DNA of 64,000 bases from Microbotryum violaceum. Lineage: Eukaryota. Positions 48,972 to 60,105 of this stretch are shown in pieces. Position 1 is the first letter of the stretch, and every line of letters starts with the position of its first letter. Both the position numbers and the translations under genes were made by a program. The DNA is taken from assembly GCA_001244265.2 (NCBI GenBank), contig CDLV01000011.1, positions 868,001 through 932,000 of the forward strand. Reading direction: 5' to 3'. A model generated the notes under the pieces. The model searched no databases, was not told where the DNA came from, and saw only the letters and a list, made by a program, of their open reading frames with translations.

Positions 48972-51368
48972 GACTGGAGGCATGCAACGAATGGCCGGCT
49001 CAACACGGACAAGACGGTCGTCCTACCGATCGGACGCCGCTGGGACCCGGGGCAACGCCCGCTCGTCGTCAAGGCCGCAGGCGAGTCGCTCGAGTGGATC
49101 GGCCTCCCCTTCGACCCGAGCGGCGACACCGAACTCGCCTACGCGAATCTCATCGAACGCCTCGAGGCGACGCTGGAAGGGGTTCAGCATCGCTGGCTCA
49201 CACACCACACCCGTGCCTTTTACGTCAATTGGTACGCCATCCCCAAGATCCTGCACTTCCTTGCAGCCGACATCCCGCCGCCCGAAGTCGTCAAGAAGCT
49301 CGATGACATGCTCGTCGATTTCGTCCGTGGGGGCAAGGGCAGGACCAGCTACGGCAGAGATATCGTGTTCACAGCCAAGCTCAAGGGGGACTCGGGGTGA
49401 TCAGGATGCAGGACGTCGTGGACGCGGTTGCGGCACGGATCTGGGACGTTCTTCTCGGCGGTTCGGGCGCGATCTGGCAAGGACTTGCGCGCGTGGCACT
49501 CCAGCGAGCTCAGTCCGACCTCGACCTGGCCACCGATCTCTGGCCACATCCATCCACTCCCATCCCCAGCGACCTCCATCCCCGATGGCGAGCAGCATTG
49601 GGGGTTCCGAAACAGCAAGACGCGCAGGTCAACCCGAGGACCTTGACCACCGCGAACCTGCTCGCGCTTCCCACCTTGCTCGGCAGCCTCCACACCCCAT
49701 CAGAGGGAGACAGACCATCGACGCGGTTCATATACCTGACTACCTTCGTCTCCAGGGCTACCCGAAGGTGGCGGATCTCTACCGGCGCGAGTTGTATGCG
49801 GGTGGGGGGTTTCACCTTTGGACGCCGCCGGCGGATGTGCTCGGCGACAACAGCGAGTACGATCGACGCGGGCTCCCGCAGCGACTGGCAATCGCGGCCT
49901 GGTACCGGTTTACTGTCGATCGACACAAGAACACGCCCTTGGCGGTGGCGGTGGCGGCAGGACGGCTCAACGTGCCTCCCCGGATCGGCACCAGCGCACC
50001 GCTCGAGGCGATTCTCCCCAAGCCCGTGGCCCGCTTCGCAATGGAGCAGCGCCTTCCGGACCCGGTGCTTCCACAGCAGGCGAGCCAGTACAAGCTGCTG
50101 AACATGGCTCGACCGTACACCATCCGTCGCATCCGCCGGGTCCTGAACGCGAAGGCCTTTACCAACACGCTCGGGCTCAAGGGGCCACCGCAGCCGGACG
50201 ACCTCAGGAGCTTTTGGAAGGCGGTCAACTCGAAGGCACTGACGGCGAGGGAGAGGGAAGTTTGGTTCAAGCTGATTCTCCGCTTCACCCCGACGCGCAA
50301 GCTGCAACACCAACAGAATCACGACACTTCTCCGCGTGCCTCGTCTGCGAGGCGCCGGTGGACGACACCGACCACTACTTTTTCGACTGCGTTGACTCTG
50401 GGAACGTTTGGATCGCGGCAAGGAGCGTGCTCTGCGACGCACTGGGGCTCGACACGATCGACAACACGCATTACACGGCTGTTCAACGCATGTTCGGACT
50501 TCCGAAGCTCAAGGCCAGTCTACGCGATCAAGAAGGAGCGGGGAGGACGATCGAAATATTCACCGGGCTGGTCTTGGAGATGATCAGCAGCGGGAGGTGG
50601 GGGATGCAAAAGTGGGGGACGGGGATGGAGGGTGTTGGGAGGAGGAGGATCATCTTGGAGGAGAGGTTGAAGCTGAGGGCGGGAGGAGCTTGGGGGAGGA
50701 GAGGGCAGTAGAGGCTGGGTTCGACTTTCCCCCCACCACCACTACACACACACACACACCAAATTCTCGTGACATTATTTTCTCCTACTGTACACTAAAT
50801 AGATCGCTTTCATCTTTCATTTGTTACAGGTTCATCGTTGCGGATCATGGACCATCTCGCGATTTGGCGTCGACTCGGTGTGGCTCGCGCTCTTCGGCTT
50901 CGGGGTTCTGAGTCAAGGGAGGGATCAGCGGACACAGGCAGAAAGTCGGCTTTGAGGGGCCAGGGACTGCCGATGGGGGAGGTTTTGAGGGACCTTCACC
51001 GCGTCTTGTTGTGACTGAGCAGAGACTTGGAGCGTCGAGGGTCGTGGTGGTTGCGCAGTCGTGCTCTTGTCTTCGTCTCGACCGAGTGGGAAGTGGCTGT
51101 GGGGTGGGCCTTCTGTCGTTAGTACATTTCTTTTCTTTCTTTTTCTCTTCATCTCTCTTTCTCTCTCTCATTAGTCTCCGGGGGGGAGCAACCGCTTGGC
51201 TAGGGCATTTGAATCCGAATCTCGGATTGGTGGACTTGGCTCGTTTCTCGCACTTTTGCGGGCGGTTTGTGTTATCATCGTAGTCTTCCATCTAGTTTTT
51301 CCGTAGGCCAAAACAGGGGGAACAGGAACTGGGGGCAATATGATGAACGTTTTCTACAAAAAAAAAAA
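48972..51368 (+). mobile_element. 5'-truncated L1/Tx1-like non-LTR retrotransposon, family A copy 1
   Basis: Begins inside the end of the RT (ATNGRLNTDKTVVLPIG), followed by GGLGVI, WFKLILRFTPT and C-terminal zinc finger CLVC...HYFFDC. ORF2 stops at 50711; ~650-bp 3' UTR; A11 tail at 51358-51368. Confidence 0.92.
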
Positions 51369-52170
51369 CGGGCTGGTCTTGGAGATGATCAGCAGCAGGA
51401 GGTGGGGGATGCAGAAGTGGGGGACGAAGATGGAGGGTGTTGTGAGGAGGAGGATCATCTTGGAGGAGAGGTTGAAGCTGAGGGCGGGAGGAGCTTGGGG
51501 GAGGAGAGGGCAGTAGAGGCTGGGTTCGACTTTCCCCCCACCACCACACACACACACCAAATTCTCGTGACATCATTTTCTCCTACTGTACACTAAATAG
51601 ATCGCTTTCATCTTTCATTTGTTACAGGTTCACCGTTGCGGATCATGGACCATCTCGCGATTTGGCGTCGACTCGGTGTGGCTCGCGCTCTTCGGCTTCG
51701 GGGTTCTGAGTCAAGGGAGGGATCAGCGGACACAGGCAGAAAGTCGGCTTTGAGGGGCCAGGGACTGCCGATGGGGGAGGTTTTGAGGGACCTTCACCGC
51801 GTCTTGTTGTGACTGAGCAGAGACTTGGAGCGTCGAGGGTCGTGGTGGTTGCGCAGTCGTGCTCTTGTCTTCGTCTCGACCGAGTGGGAAGTGGCTGTGG
51901 GGTGGGCCTTCTGTCGTTAGTACATTTCTTTTCTTTCTTTTATTCTCTTCATCTCTCTTTCTCTCTCTCATTAGTCTCCTGGGGGGGAGCAACCGCTTGG
52001 CTAGGGCATTTGAATCCGAATCTCGGATTGGTGGACTTGGCTCGTTTCTCGCACTTTTGCGGGCGGTTTGTGTTATCATCGTAGTCTTCCATCTAGTTTT
52101 TCCGTAGGCCAAAACAGGGGGAACAGGAACTGGGGGCAATATGATGAACGTTTTCTACAAAAAAAAAAAA
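51369..52170 (+). mobile_element. Heavily 5'-truncated family A copy 2 (~800 bp)
   Basis: Near-identical to 50564-51368, starts directly after the poly(A) of copy 1, and ends in A12. Confidence 0.92.
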
Positions 52171-52183
52171 TGTTAACCCGATC

Positions 52184-53370
52184 GTGACGAAGGCAACGAA
52201 GAGGTTCCCGATTGCTCGTCATATGTACGAGCTCGTGTTCGAATCCGACCAGGCCTGTCTCGAAGCCGCTGCAGCGGGTCCATTCCCCTATCACGGAAAA
52301 GAGATGGTCACCGAGCTCCCGAGTGTTTCCCCCCTAAACCACATCGTCCAGGTGCGATTCACCTTACCCTCCTCTTCCAGCGCGATTCCCGCTTCCGTGC
52401 TCCGAAAATCTCTCGACGCTGCTCTCACTTCCTCCTTCGGCCACGCTGGTTGCACGCAAGGGTATACCCTCATGCAATTACAGCGGGGCCTCGCGGTCGA
52501 TCCGAACGGTGACCCGATGGCCATGACCGAAGACGGGTTCCACTGCGCGTACCTTCGCTTACATGCTGATCTTTTCCAAGGCTCCACCGAGACGCAGAAG
52601 GCTGCGCTCAACGCCGCCTTGCCACAAGAGATCGAGATCCTGGGCGCCAAGTACGGCTTGCGACACGAATTTGAGACGCACTACTGCGCCGTGTGCGATC
52701 GCGCCGGACACCAGTGGGGGCTTGCAGGAAGCCGGTTTCGACTCCGGCCACCGCCGCCCCTGTTCCGGGGGCCTCGACTTCGACTTCGACTTCGACCACC
52801 GGCTTCCGAGTTGCCGGAAAGAATGGGAAGCACGGTGGGCCTGCCGCATTGAACTCTCGTGCCTCTGGCACGAACATGATCCAGCTGGGACCTCGTGCTA
52901 ACCCCGCAGGTGCAGCGACCGGCAACAAGGACGATGCGAACGACGGCGACGGTGACGACGACGACGACGACGGCGAATCGGTCGCTTCGACCGAACCGGA
53001 GGGCGGCGACACTGGGAAAGAGACGTTGACCCGTGCGACCACGGGCCCAACAAAGGAGACGCAGACGACGACAGCGGCGCCCGTTTCGACCCCGACCTCT
53101 CCTTCGCCTTCTACTTCTGCTCCGGCATCGCCTTTGTCCGGTGGCACGTCGGAATCATCGGCAACCGCGACGACCTCGATAGCCTCGACGAGTCCTCGAC
53201 GCCTTCGTTCGAGCTCGGCACCCGGCAACCGACGTGTCACCCGGGCGGGATCCGCCATGATCCACGGTGCATCAGGGGGTGACGACTCAGGGGGCAACAG
53301 TTCAGGGGGTCACAGGTCCGAGATGACCGAATTCGAGGGGGCGGCGCTGATCCAATTTATTCATGATTGA
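52184..53370 (+). CDS. Retrotransposon ORF1 (gag-like, probably 5'-truncated, one frameshift)
   Basis: CAVCDRAGH...C knuckle split by a frameshift in a G-run near 52718. The Ser/Thr/Asp-rich tail ends FIHD*. Confidence 0.75.
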
Positions 53371-56300
53371 GTCCCTCACCGTGTTGACGTTCAACGTCCG
53401 ATCGATCAAGAACGCAGTCAACCAAGTCAAAATCATCCGCTATCTCAAAACCCTTCGGCCGGCCCCTGCGGCCATTCTCCTGCAAGAGCACCACCTCAGC
53501 TACAACGCGTTGCGCGAAGGCTTCGAGAGTGCTTGGCCAGGAGCTTGTATTCGTTTCGCACCTCATGTCCTTACCCTTATACCCGATGGCTCACCTCTGG
53601 CGGGCCGCCTCCTCTCCTCTACCCCGGTCGTGTTTGCAGAAGCCCCTCAATTCGACGGTCGGATCCTGCGCTCGGTGTTTCGTCTTGAGGAGCTCGATAT
53701 CGAGATCATCAACATGTATGCGCCGGTCAAGGGGGAAGAACGTCGCGACTTCTACGGGCTCCTGCACTTCACCGCTCCGGGGCCCAAGACTCTTCGGATC
53801 TTGGCCGGCGATCTCAATGATTGTCCGGATGTATCGGTCGACCGAGTGGCCATCACCGATCGCGCTTGGACTCCTGTATCGCACTGGCAGACCTTGCTGT
53901 CAAAGATCGCATTCAACCCACTCGACACGATCCGACAACTCCATCCATCACCCCGGCATTCACTCGCCCTCACTACCTTGGTAGGGGGGACAAACGAGAA
54001 ATCTGCTCGTGGTCGCGGATCGATTATATCCTTGTCCAGCGCAGTTGGGCAAACCGGTTGTTGAGCGCTTCCACACTTTTCGATGCGCCCTGCTCGGACC
54101 ACAGACCTGTAGTTGCGACTTTCGCATTGCCTACATCGAACGCTGATGCCGAACCCCCCTTTCTCTTCCCTCTACGAGCGATTTCATTTCGAGGCTCAAC
54201 CCAACGGTCTTTGACGATCAAGACTTTGTCGCATCGATTCCCGGGGTCGTCGACGAGGTCTATCGAAGGCTCGAGGGGACCGCTCCGCTCGGCGACGTCT
54301 ATGACGCCGCTCTGCGGGCGGTTGCAGTCGCTGGCCATGCACGATACCGCTCGACTCGTGCCGACATGCGCCGACTGCGGGCCGAGAACCAATCCGTCAT
54401 GGAGGCGCTGGAGGCACGCGGTGAGCATATGAATGAGGCCGAGCGCGATGCGTATGCTCTCGCCAAGTCGCAGTTGGATCAGTTGGCAGTAAAGGAGGCT
54501 CAGTGGCTGCGCATTCGTGCGCATGTGCCGTCAGTCGACTCGAGGGAAGGTCAATCGGCAAGCATTCGCACGCGTCTCAACCGCCGGAGTCGCCAGACGA
54601 GCATCGTCTCGCTGGAGGATGTGGATGGCACCGAGACCGTTGACATGCAGGAGGCGCTGGGTATTGCTTCACGGCACGCACAGTCGCTCTTCACGCCGGA
54701 CCCAGCTCGTGGCGACCCGACGAACCCACGTCGGTCCCTGCTCGACCCTATTCGCGCGGCGAAATGCTACGATGACGACCGCTCGGACCCTACGTTCGGT
54801 CGTCGGCTGCCCCTTCAAGCCAGAGTGGCGCTTGACGAGCCCTTCAACCTTTCCGAGGTCGAAGCGGCGTTGAAGAAGACGGATTCAGGGCGATCACCGG
54901 GGCTTTCGGGCATTCCGTATGAGCTTTTCAAGGCGCTGCCGACCTACTTCGCTCCCAAGCTGTTGGACTTGTTCAACTCGATTTGGGAGGGCGGCAAAAT
55001 GACGGCGTCCTTGGCAGAGGGGCTGGTGCGGCTTTTGCCCAAGAACAAACCGGGGGCCAATCTGAAATCACTGGGGGCATATCGACCGATCACACTGCGC
55101 GAGACAACCTACAAGGTCCTCAGCAAGGTCTTGGTGGCGCGACTCAATGGGGTGCTCGGCGAGCTTTTGCCGCCGGCGCAACACGGGTTCATGCCATCAA
55201 GACGTTCAGCAGACGCGGGAAGTCATCTCACTCTCCTTCTCGAAAAACTCAAGTCGCTAGGCACTGAAGTTTTCCCGAGGGCGCCCTCTTGTCCTTGGAT
55301 CAGCAGAGCGCGTACGATCGGGTCGATCACGCATGGATCTTCGACGTCTTCGAGGCCTTTGGCTTTGGTGAGCGTTTCATTTCCCTGCTGCGCGCTCTGT
55401 ACGATCCCGAGACTCTGGGGGTGCGCTACCTCATCAATGGGTTCCCCACGGAGTTGGTGCGGTTGCTGTGTGGTCTCGGTCAGGGGGATCCCCTCTCGTG
55501 CCCGGTTTGGAACATCACGTTCCAGCCCTTCCTCGACGCCCTCGTTCGGCGCGGGATCGCGCTCGACCTGCAGAAGGTGTGGCCAGGGGGGCCGCGTGCG
55601 CAGCTTACGCATCTGGCGTTTGCCGACGATGCTGTGGTGGTAGTGGAGTCACCGGCGGCATTGTCGAAGCTGGAAACGCTGTCGCAGACGTGGTACGAGG
55701 CAACCAACGGGAAGACCAACACGGACAAGACGCTGGTGCTACCACTCGGACCGAACTGGCTTCGGGACGAGACTGCGCAGGCGCTGCCAACGGTGCAGAG
55801 GAGGGGGAGAGCTTCAAGTGGTGCGGCTATGCCTTCTTTCGCCATGGTGACTCGAAACTGTTTTGGACCCATGTTCTTGACAGGATCAAGGCCAAGACCC
55901 GCGCCGCTGGAGACCGGACACTTTCGCCGAGTGGGAAGGTCTTCTATGCCAACGCTCACATCATCTCGACGGTCCTCCACGTGCTGTCCTTCGACATACC
56001 GCCTCAATGGTTCATTAAGGCGGCGGAGACAGCACTTACGGATTTTGTTTGGGGAGGAGCAGGGCGAAATACCGTCGCTCGCGATTTCGTGTTCCAGGCT
56101 CGGGAGGACGGTGGCTTGGGCTTGATTTCAATCGGCGACATCGTTCATTCGGTGGCGCTTCGATTTTGGGATGCTGTGGCGGGCTCGAACGAGGCGATCT
56201 GGGCGCCCCTAGCTCGCGAGAGCTGGAGGTCCCTCGTCGCTGCGACCCGCGATTTCAGTCCGTGGGGGTTCTTCAGCAGCACGGCTCGGGTCGAGAAGCT

Positions 56301-57362
56301 GTATCGCGACTCGACGCGCTGGGGGGCAGTCGTTGCAGCTGCCAGGGTCACAGTTCCAACCATCAAGTCCGAACTCCTTACGCTCCCCGAATTGCTCTCG
56401 CTTCCGCCTCGCCTCCCTTCACTCTATGCTGAAGGTGCCAAGCACGCATATGACGATGCGGACGCAGTGGCGAAGTTTGCGCAGATCGCGGACCTGTACT
56501 GGAGGGACGAAGGGAAGGGCTGGGCTCTGGTTGGTCATCGACGCGGGTTCTGGCAGCACTCTAAGGAACCCGCCCTACAGCACGAGCACGTGTGGTCGCG
56601 CGTGGGTCAGTTGCTCAAGGCGAAAGCCTTGCTGGCCAAGACCGCGTTGCGACCTGCTCGGATACCTCTCAAGGAGGCTCCCCGTCCTCGGTGCTTCAAC
56701 TTCTTTGGGCTCACCCGACCGTTCACTATTCGCAAGCTTCGTCGGCTTGTGAACGTGGTTCGGTTCCCAGGGAGGGAGGATCGTGTCAAGCGTTTCCGTG
56801 ATGGGACTTCTCAGAGCGATAGGAAGCGCTTCTGGAGATGGCTTCATGACCGGTTCGCGTCTGCTGTGGAGCAGGACACCCACTGGCGGCTCATGTACGA
56901 CGTGACGCCGACGCGCAAGAGGCAGCATACTCAGGGTCATGCCTCTTCGCCGACGTGTCTGTTCTGCGGCAACGATGCAGCGGTCATCGAGACGGTGTCG
57001 CACTACTTCTTCGAGTGCGCGTACTCGACCAGCTTCTGGGGTGGGGTGCTTCGCATTCTGTTCGACAAGCTGGGCATCGAGGATACCGACGTCGATCCGT
57101 CGACGTTCACTCCGGAGCAGCTGACTATGGGGCTCCCCCTTTTGCGGGGTCGTGGAGAACGACCTCGAAATGGATGTGGGTTCGGCTGGCTTGCGCGATC
57201 GGCTTCCAGCGGCTGCACCTGCTCCGCTGGCGCGTTCATCAGCGGTTCGAGCTGGACAACGTCGTGGCCCCTCCCTCGCTCCCCAGTGCACTCAGAGCGT
57301 TCGAGCGAGATTTTCTCTCTCGAGCGGGTTTTGTGCCTGGGGCTCGAGATTGGGAGGTGTGA
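53363..57362 (+). CDS. Retrotransposon ORF2: AP endonuclease, reverse transcriptase and zf-RVT (about five frameshifts)
   Basis: APE motifs TFNVRS, LLQE, NMYAP, AGDLN, SRIDYI and SDHRPV. RT motifs SPGLSGIPYE, YRPITL, QHGF, LDQQSAYDRVDH, GLGQGDPLS and FADD. Zinc finger CLFC...HYFFEC. Confidence 0.93.
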
Positions 57363-58345
57363 TGACCGAGTTAAGTCCTTCCTTCCCATTTTCTTCCCCT
57401 CCTTTCCTCCCTTCTTTTTCGGAGGTCGACTTCTCTTTCAGAAGCTGACTGTCTCGAAACTTGTTGCGCAGTGGAAGGCTGCGCACCTCTCTCTCTCTCT
57501 CTCTCTCTCTACTTTGCGCAGTAGCGGTTTTCGTTCTTGGATGGATCGGCAAGCCAGTACGATCGTCTTTGCGTTGGAGGCTTTGTGAAGGTTTTCCCTC
57601 TCCTTTCCCCCCTTTTTCCCTTCCCTTCCTCTTCTCGTTCCTGTTGCTCGGTTGTTGACTACGCTTCAGCCACTTCTCCTTTTACTCCTAAGCCGTGTGT
57701 TGAATTCCGTCGAATGGTTCGTTCGTTCGCGTTGGTCAAGATCTACGGCATGGCTCGGGAAGAAAGGTCGCTCGTCTTTTGGTCAATATCCTCGCATCAA
57801 GGCGAGGCTCGTTTCGTTATACTGGATCGCTTTTCTCTCGGCCCCGACGGCTCAACAGCCAGCACTCGAGATTCAGCCAAGGGAGGACATCAGGCGTTGT
57901 CGGGGTGACGAGTAGCTGGGGCTTGGCTGCGGCCTGTTAGTCCCTGGGGACCTCTACCTCCGGCTTCGACCCCCTCCCTTGGCCCCTCGGGTGTGTTCCC
58001 CTCCTCTCTGTCTTAGTATTCCTGGTTCTCCGTATCCCCAGTCGTGACTTTCTGTATACTCTCCCCCTTCTTTCTCTAGGCGCTCTTGCCTGGTTTTCGA
58101 GTGTCTTCGCTCCCGCTCTTAGGACGTGAAGCGGCAGCAGTACTCACCGCCCGTTGGAGTCCGCGTTAGGTGCTCGGCGGGCTTTGATCTGCGCAGCGCT
58201 CTTTGCGCGCAGGGGATTGACTTTCACCCAACTGCTTGCCGTCGTTGCTTTATAACCTCCTTTAGCTCTTTTTGTAGCGGTCCCAGCCAACCCGAAGGAT
58301 TGCAATTTGTGAGCCCCAGTCAAAAAATAAAAAAATAAAAAAATA

Positions 58346-58478
58346 GGAGTCCGAGTTAGGTGCTCGGGGGTTTCAAGTTGCGCGCAAGGGCTTAACTCTC
58401 CCTATCTGTTTGTCGTCCTTGCTTATGATATTCTTTCAGCTATTCTTGAAACGGTCCCAACCAAACCGAAGGTATGCG
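58346..58478 (+). mobile_element. Diverged 3'-end remnant of family B
   Basis: GGAGTCCGAGTTAGGTGCTCGG...CGGTCCCAACCAAACCGAAGG aligns with 58156-58305 with many substitutions; no poly(A) remains. Confidence 0.8.
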
Positions 58479-60105
58479 ACCCAACCCTAGAATGTTTCCT
58501 GAGCGTGAATGTCGGATTATAGGGCTGGATTAGGAGGTTTATGAAAGGCACGCTGTCTCAGACAGCGGAGCCTCACTAGTGACCGAAGTTATATGGATTA
58601 CAACTAGCTCCTGGTGTCAGCTCGATGAAGATACCATAGTGCTGAGACAGGGAACATCAGTGCTCACCTAGCTTCTGGTGTCAGCTCGATGAAGAGAGAG
58701 CTGAAGAAGCTAGGCACGCGCAATCTCTATTTCTAATGCCTGTGGCCCGTCGTCAGGCCTTGCCGTACAGTTGGCGGCATCAACGATCGAGCAAGTTCTA
58801 TTATACATTCCCCATATAGTGGAGGTGCTTACATGTGATCTTGCTCAGGATAACATCAGATCGCAAGGCTGAGGATTATTTCCACAAAGGTCGTTCTGCG
58901 CCATCCACCCTTTCTTCATTGGGGAAAAGCCGACGTTCGAGAACCGTTGGAGGCTCCTGCCTCCTGTGCGGCTGGCCTGACGCGATACCCCGGGTCCCAG
59001 CCTTGCGCGGACACACCTCGGTGTTTAAACTGGTGCCTATGCATCTGACCAAGCGCAAATTGTCCGAACTTATCTCTGAGAATCAATACCTTCGCGGAGT
59101 GGCCAACAGGAGCCTGGAAACTCAGCGGAGGCCCGCAATGGCTTCGATGACGTCGTGCGCGTCGGCGTCGGGGTCCGAGTCCGAGCTCCGAGACAGCCGC
59201 TATTTGCATGGCATGGAATCTGGGACTTCGTTTGATCTTGAATATGAAATGTGCTTGGCTTGCGGATATACCCATGTTCCATAGAAAATGTTGCGAGTTG
59301 CGGGCTGCATGTTTGACAGCTCCGCAGTCTCGGGATATGATCGTTTTTTTGATGCTGCACTGTTGTGAACACCTGTGGTTGACGATGGTGTGAAATCCAA
59401 CTATTTCATTTTCAGATGATGGGCACGACTGGAACGTTCGGGGCCGTCTAGATCTGTTCACGTGACCCAAGGGGCGTGTGACGACTGTCTCGGCTGAGTG
59501 TATGCGATCCACTGAGCGGTGAGAACCATGATTATGAGGGCAAATTCGGTGGAGTCCAAATTTGAAAAGGAGCACAATCTTAAAGCTTCAAAGGGAGGAG
59601 GAGGAGTAGATATTCCACCATCGTTGTTTTAAAGACTCACGAATAAAGAACTTGAAATAGCCCTGCTCTGAACCCTCCGATATCCGATCCTTTGGTTCCA
59701 TCCGGCCAGAGCGGAACAGCGTGAGATCCCGGCCAATCCCGACCGGTACACACGGGCGTCGGCCATGGGCGACCGCGTACTGGGCGGGCAGTGGCGGGGC
59801 TGGGCGGCGGAGTTCAAAAGAGCCCACTCGGAGAACACTGGCCGACTTTGTCCTCCCTCACGTCTCGACCTGCTGTATATGGAATCGCCGTCACAATTTC
59901 AGCCCAACCAACGACTTTGACTCTGCATTCTAGCTGTTCCATCTTGAAGTTAGACTTGAACTCGTTAAAGGTGCAACCCGACGACCCGGGGCTTGAACGT
60001 TCTTGAACATTCAAGGCGCGCTGGTCGTCGTACTAGTCGTACCCACCACCCCGTCGCGGGACGCTCGCCCTCTCCTCCGCGACGGGCGACGAGTCGACCG
60101 CGACG

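Larger units (their letters stand above)
52171..58345 (+). mobile_element. Near full-length L1/Tx1-like non-LTR retrotransposon, family B
   Basis: ORF1 with a zinc knuckle, ORF2 with APE-RT-zinc finger, a pyrimidine-rich 3' UTR unrelated to family A, and an (A6-7T)n tail at 58322-58345. Confidence 0.95.

Noticed and set aside
50717-50731. B-box-like GGTTCGACTTT in the family A 3' UTR (internal Pol III promoter)
   Set aside because: Imperfect match, with no A box or tRNA-like fold.
51723-52139. Antisense ORF in the family A 3' UTR
   Set aside because: TTG start, disrupted in copy A1, and no domain evidence.
48940-58520. Target-site duplication around the whole retrotransposon stack
   Set aside because: No matching direct repeat found at the outer junctions or after the poly(A) tails.
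58835-59950. Gene between the retrotransposon stack and the kinase
   Set aside because: Short ORFs with stops and no recognisable homology; may be a relic but cannot be supported.
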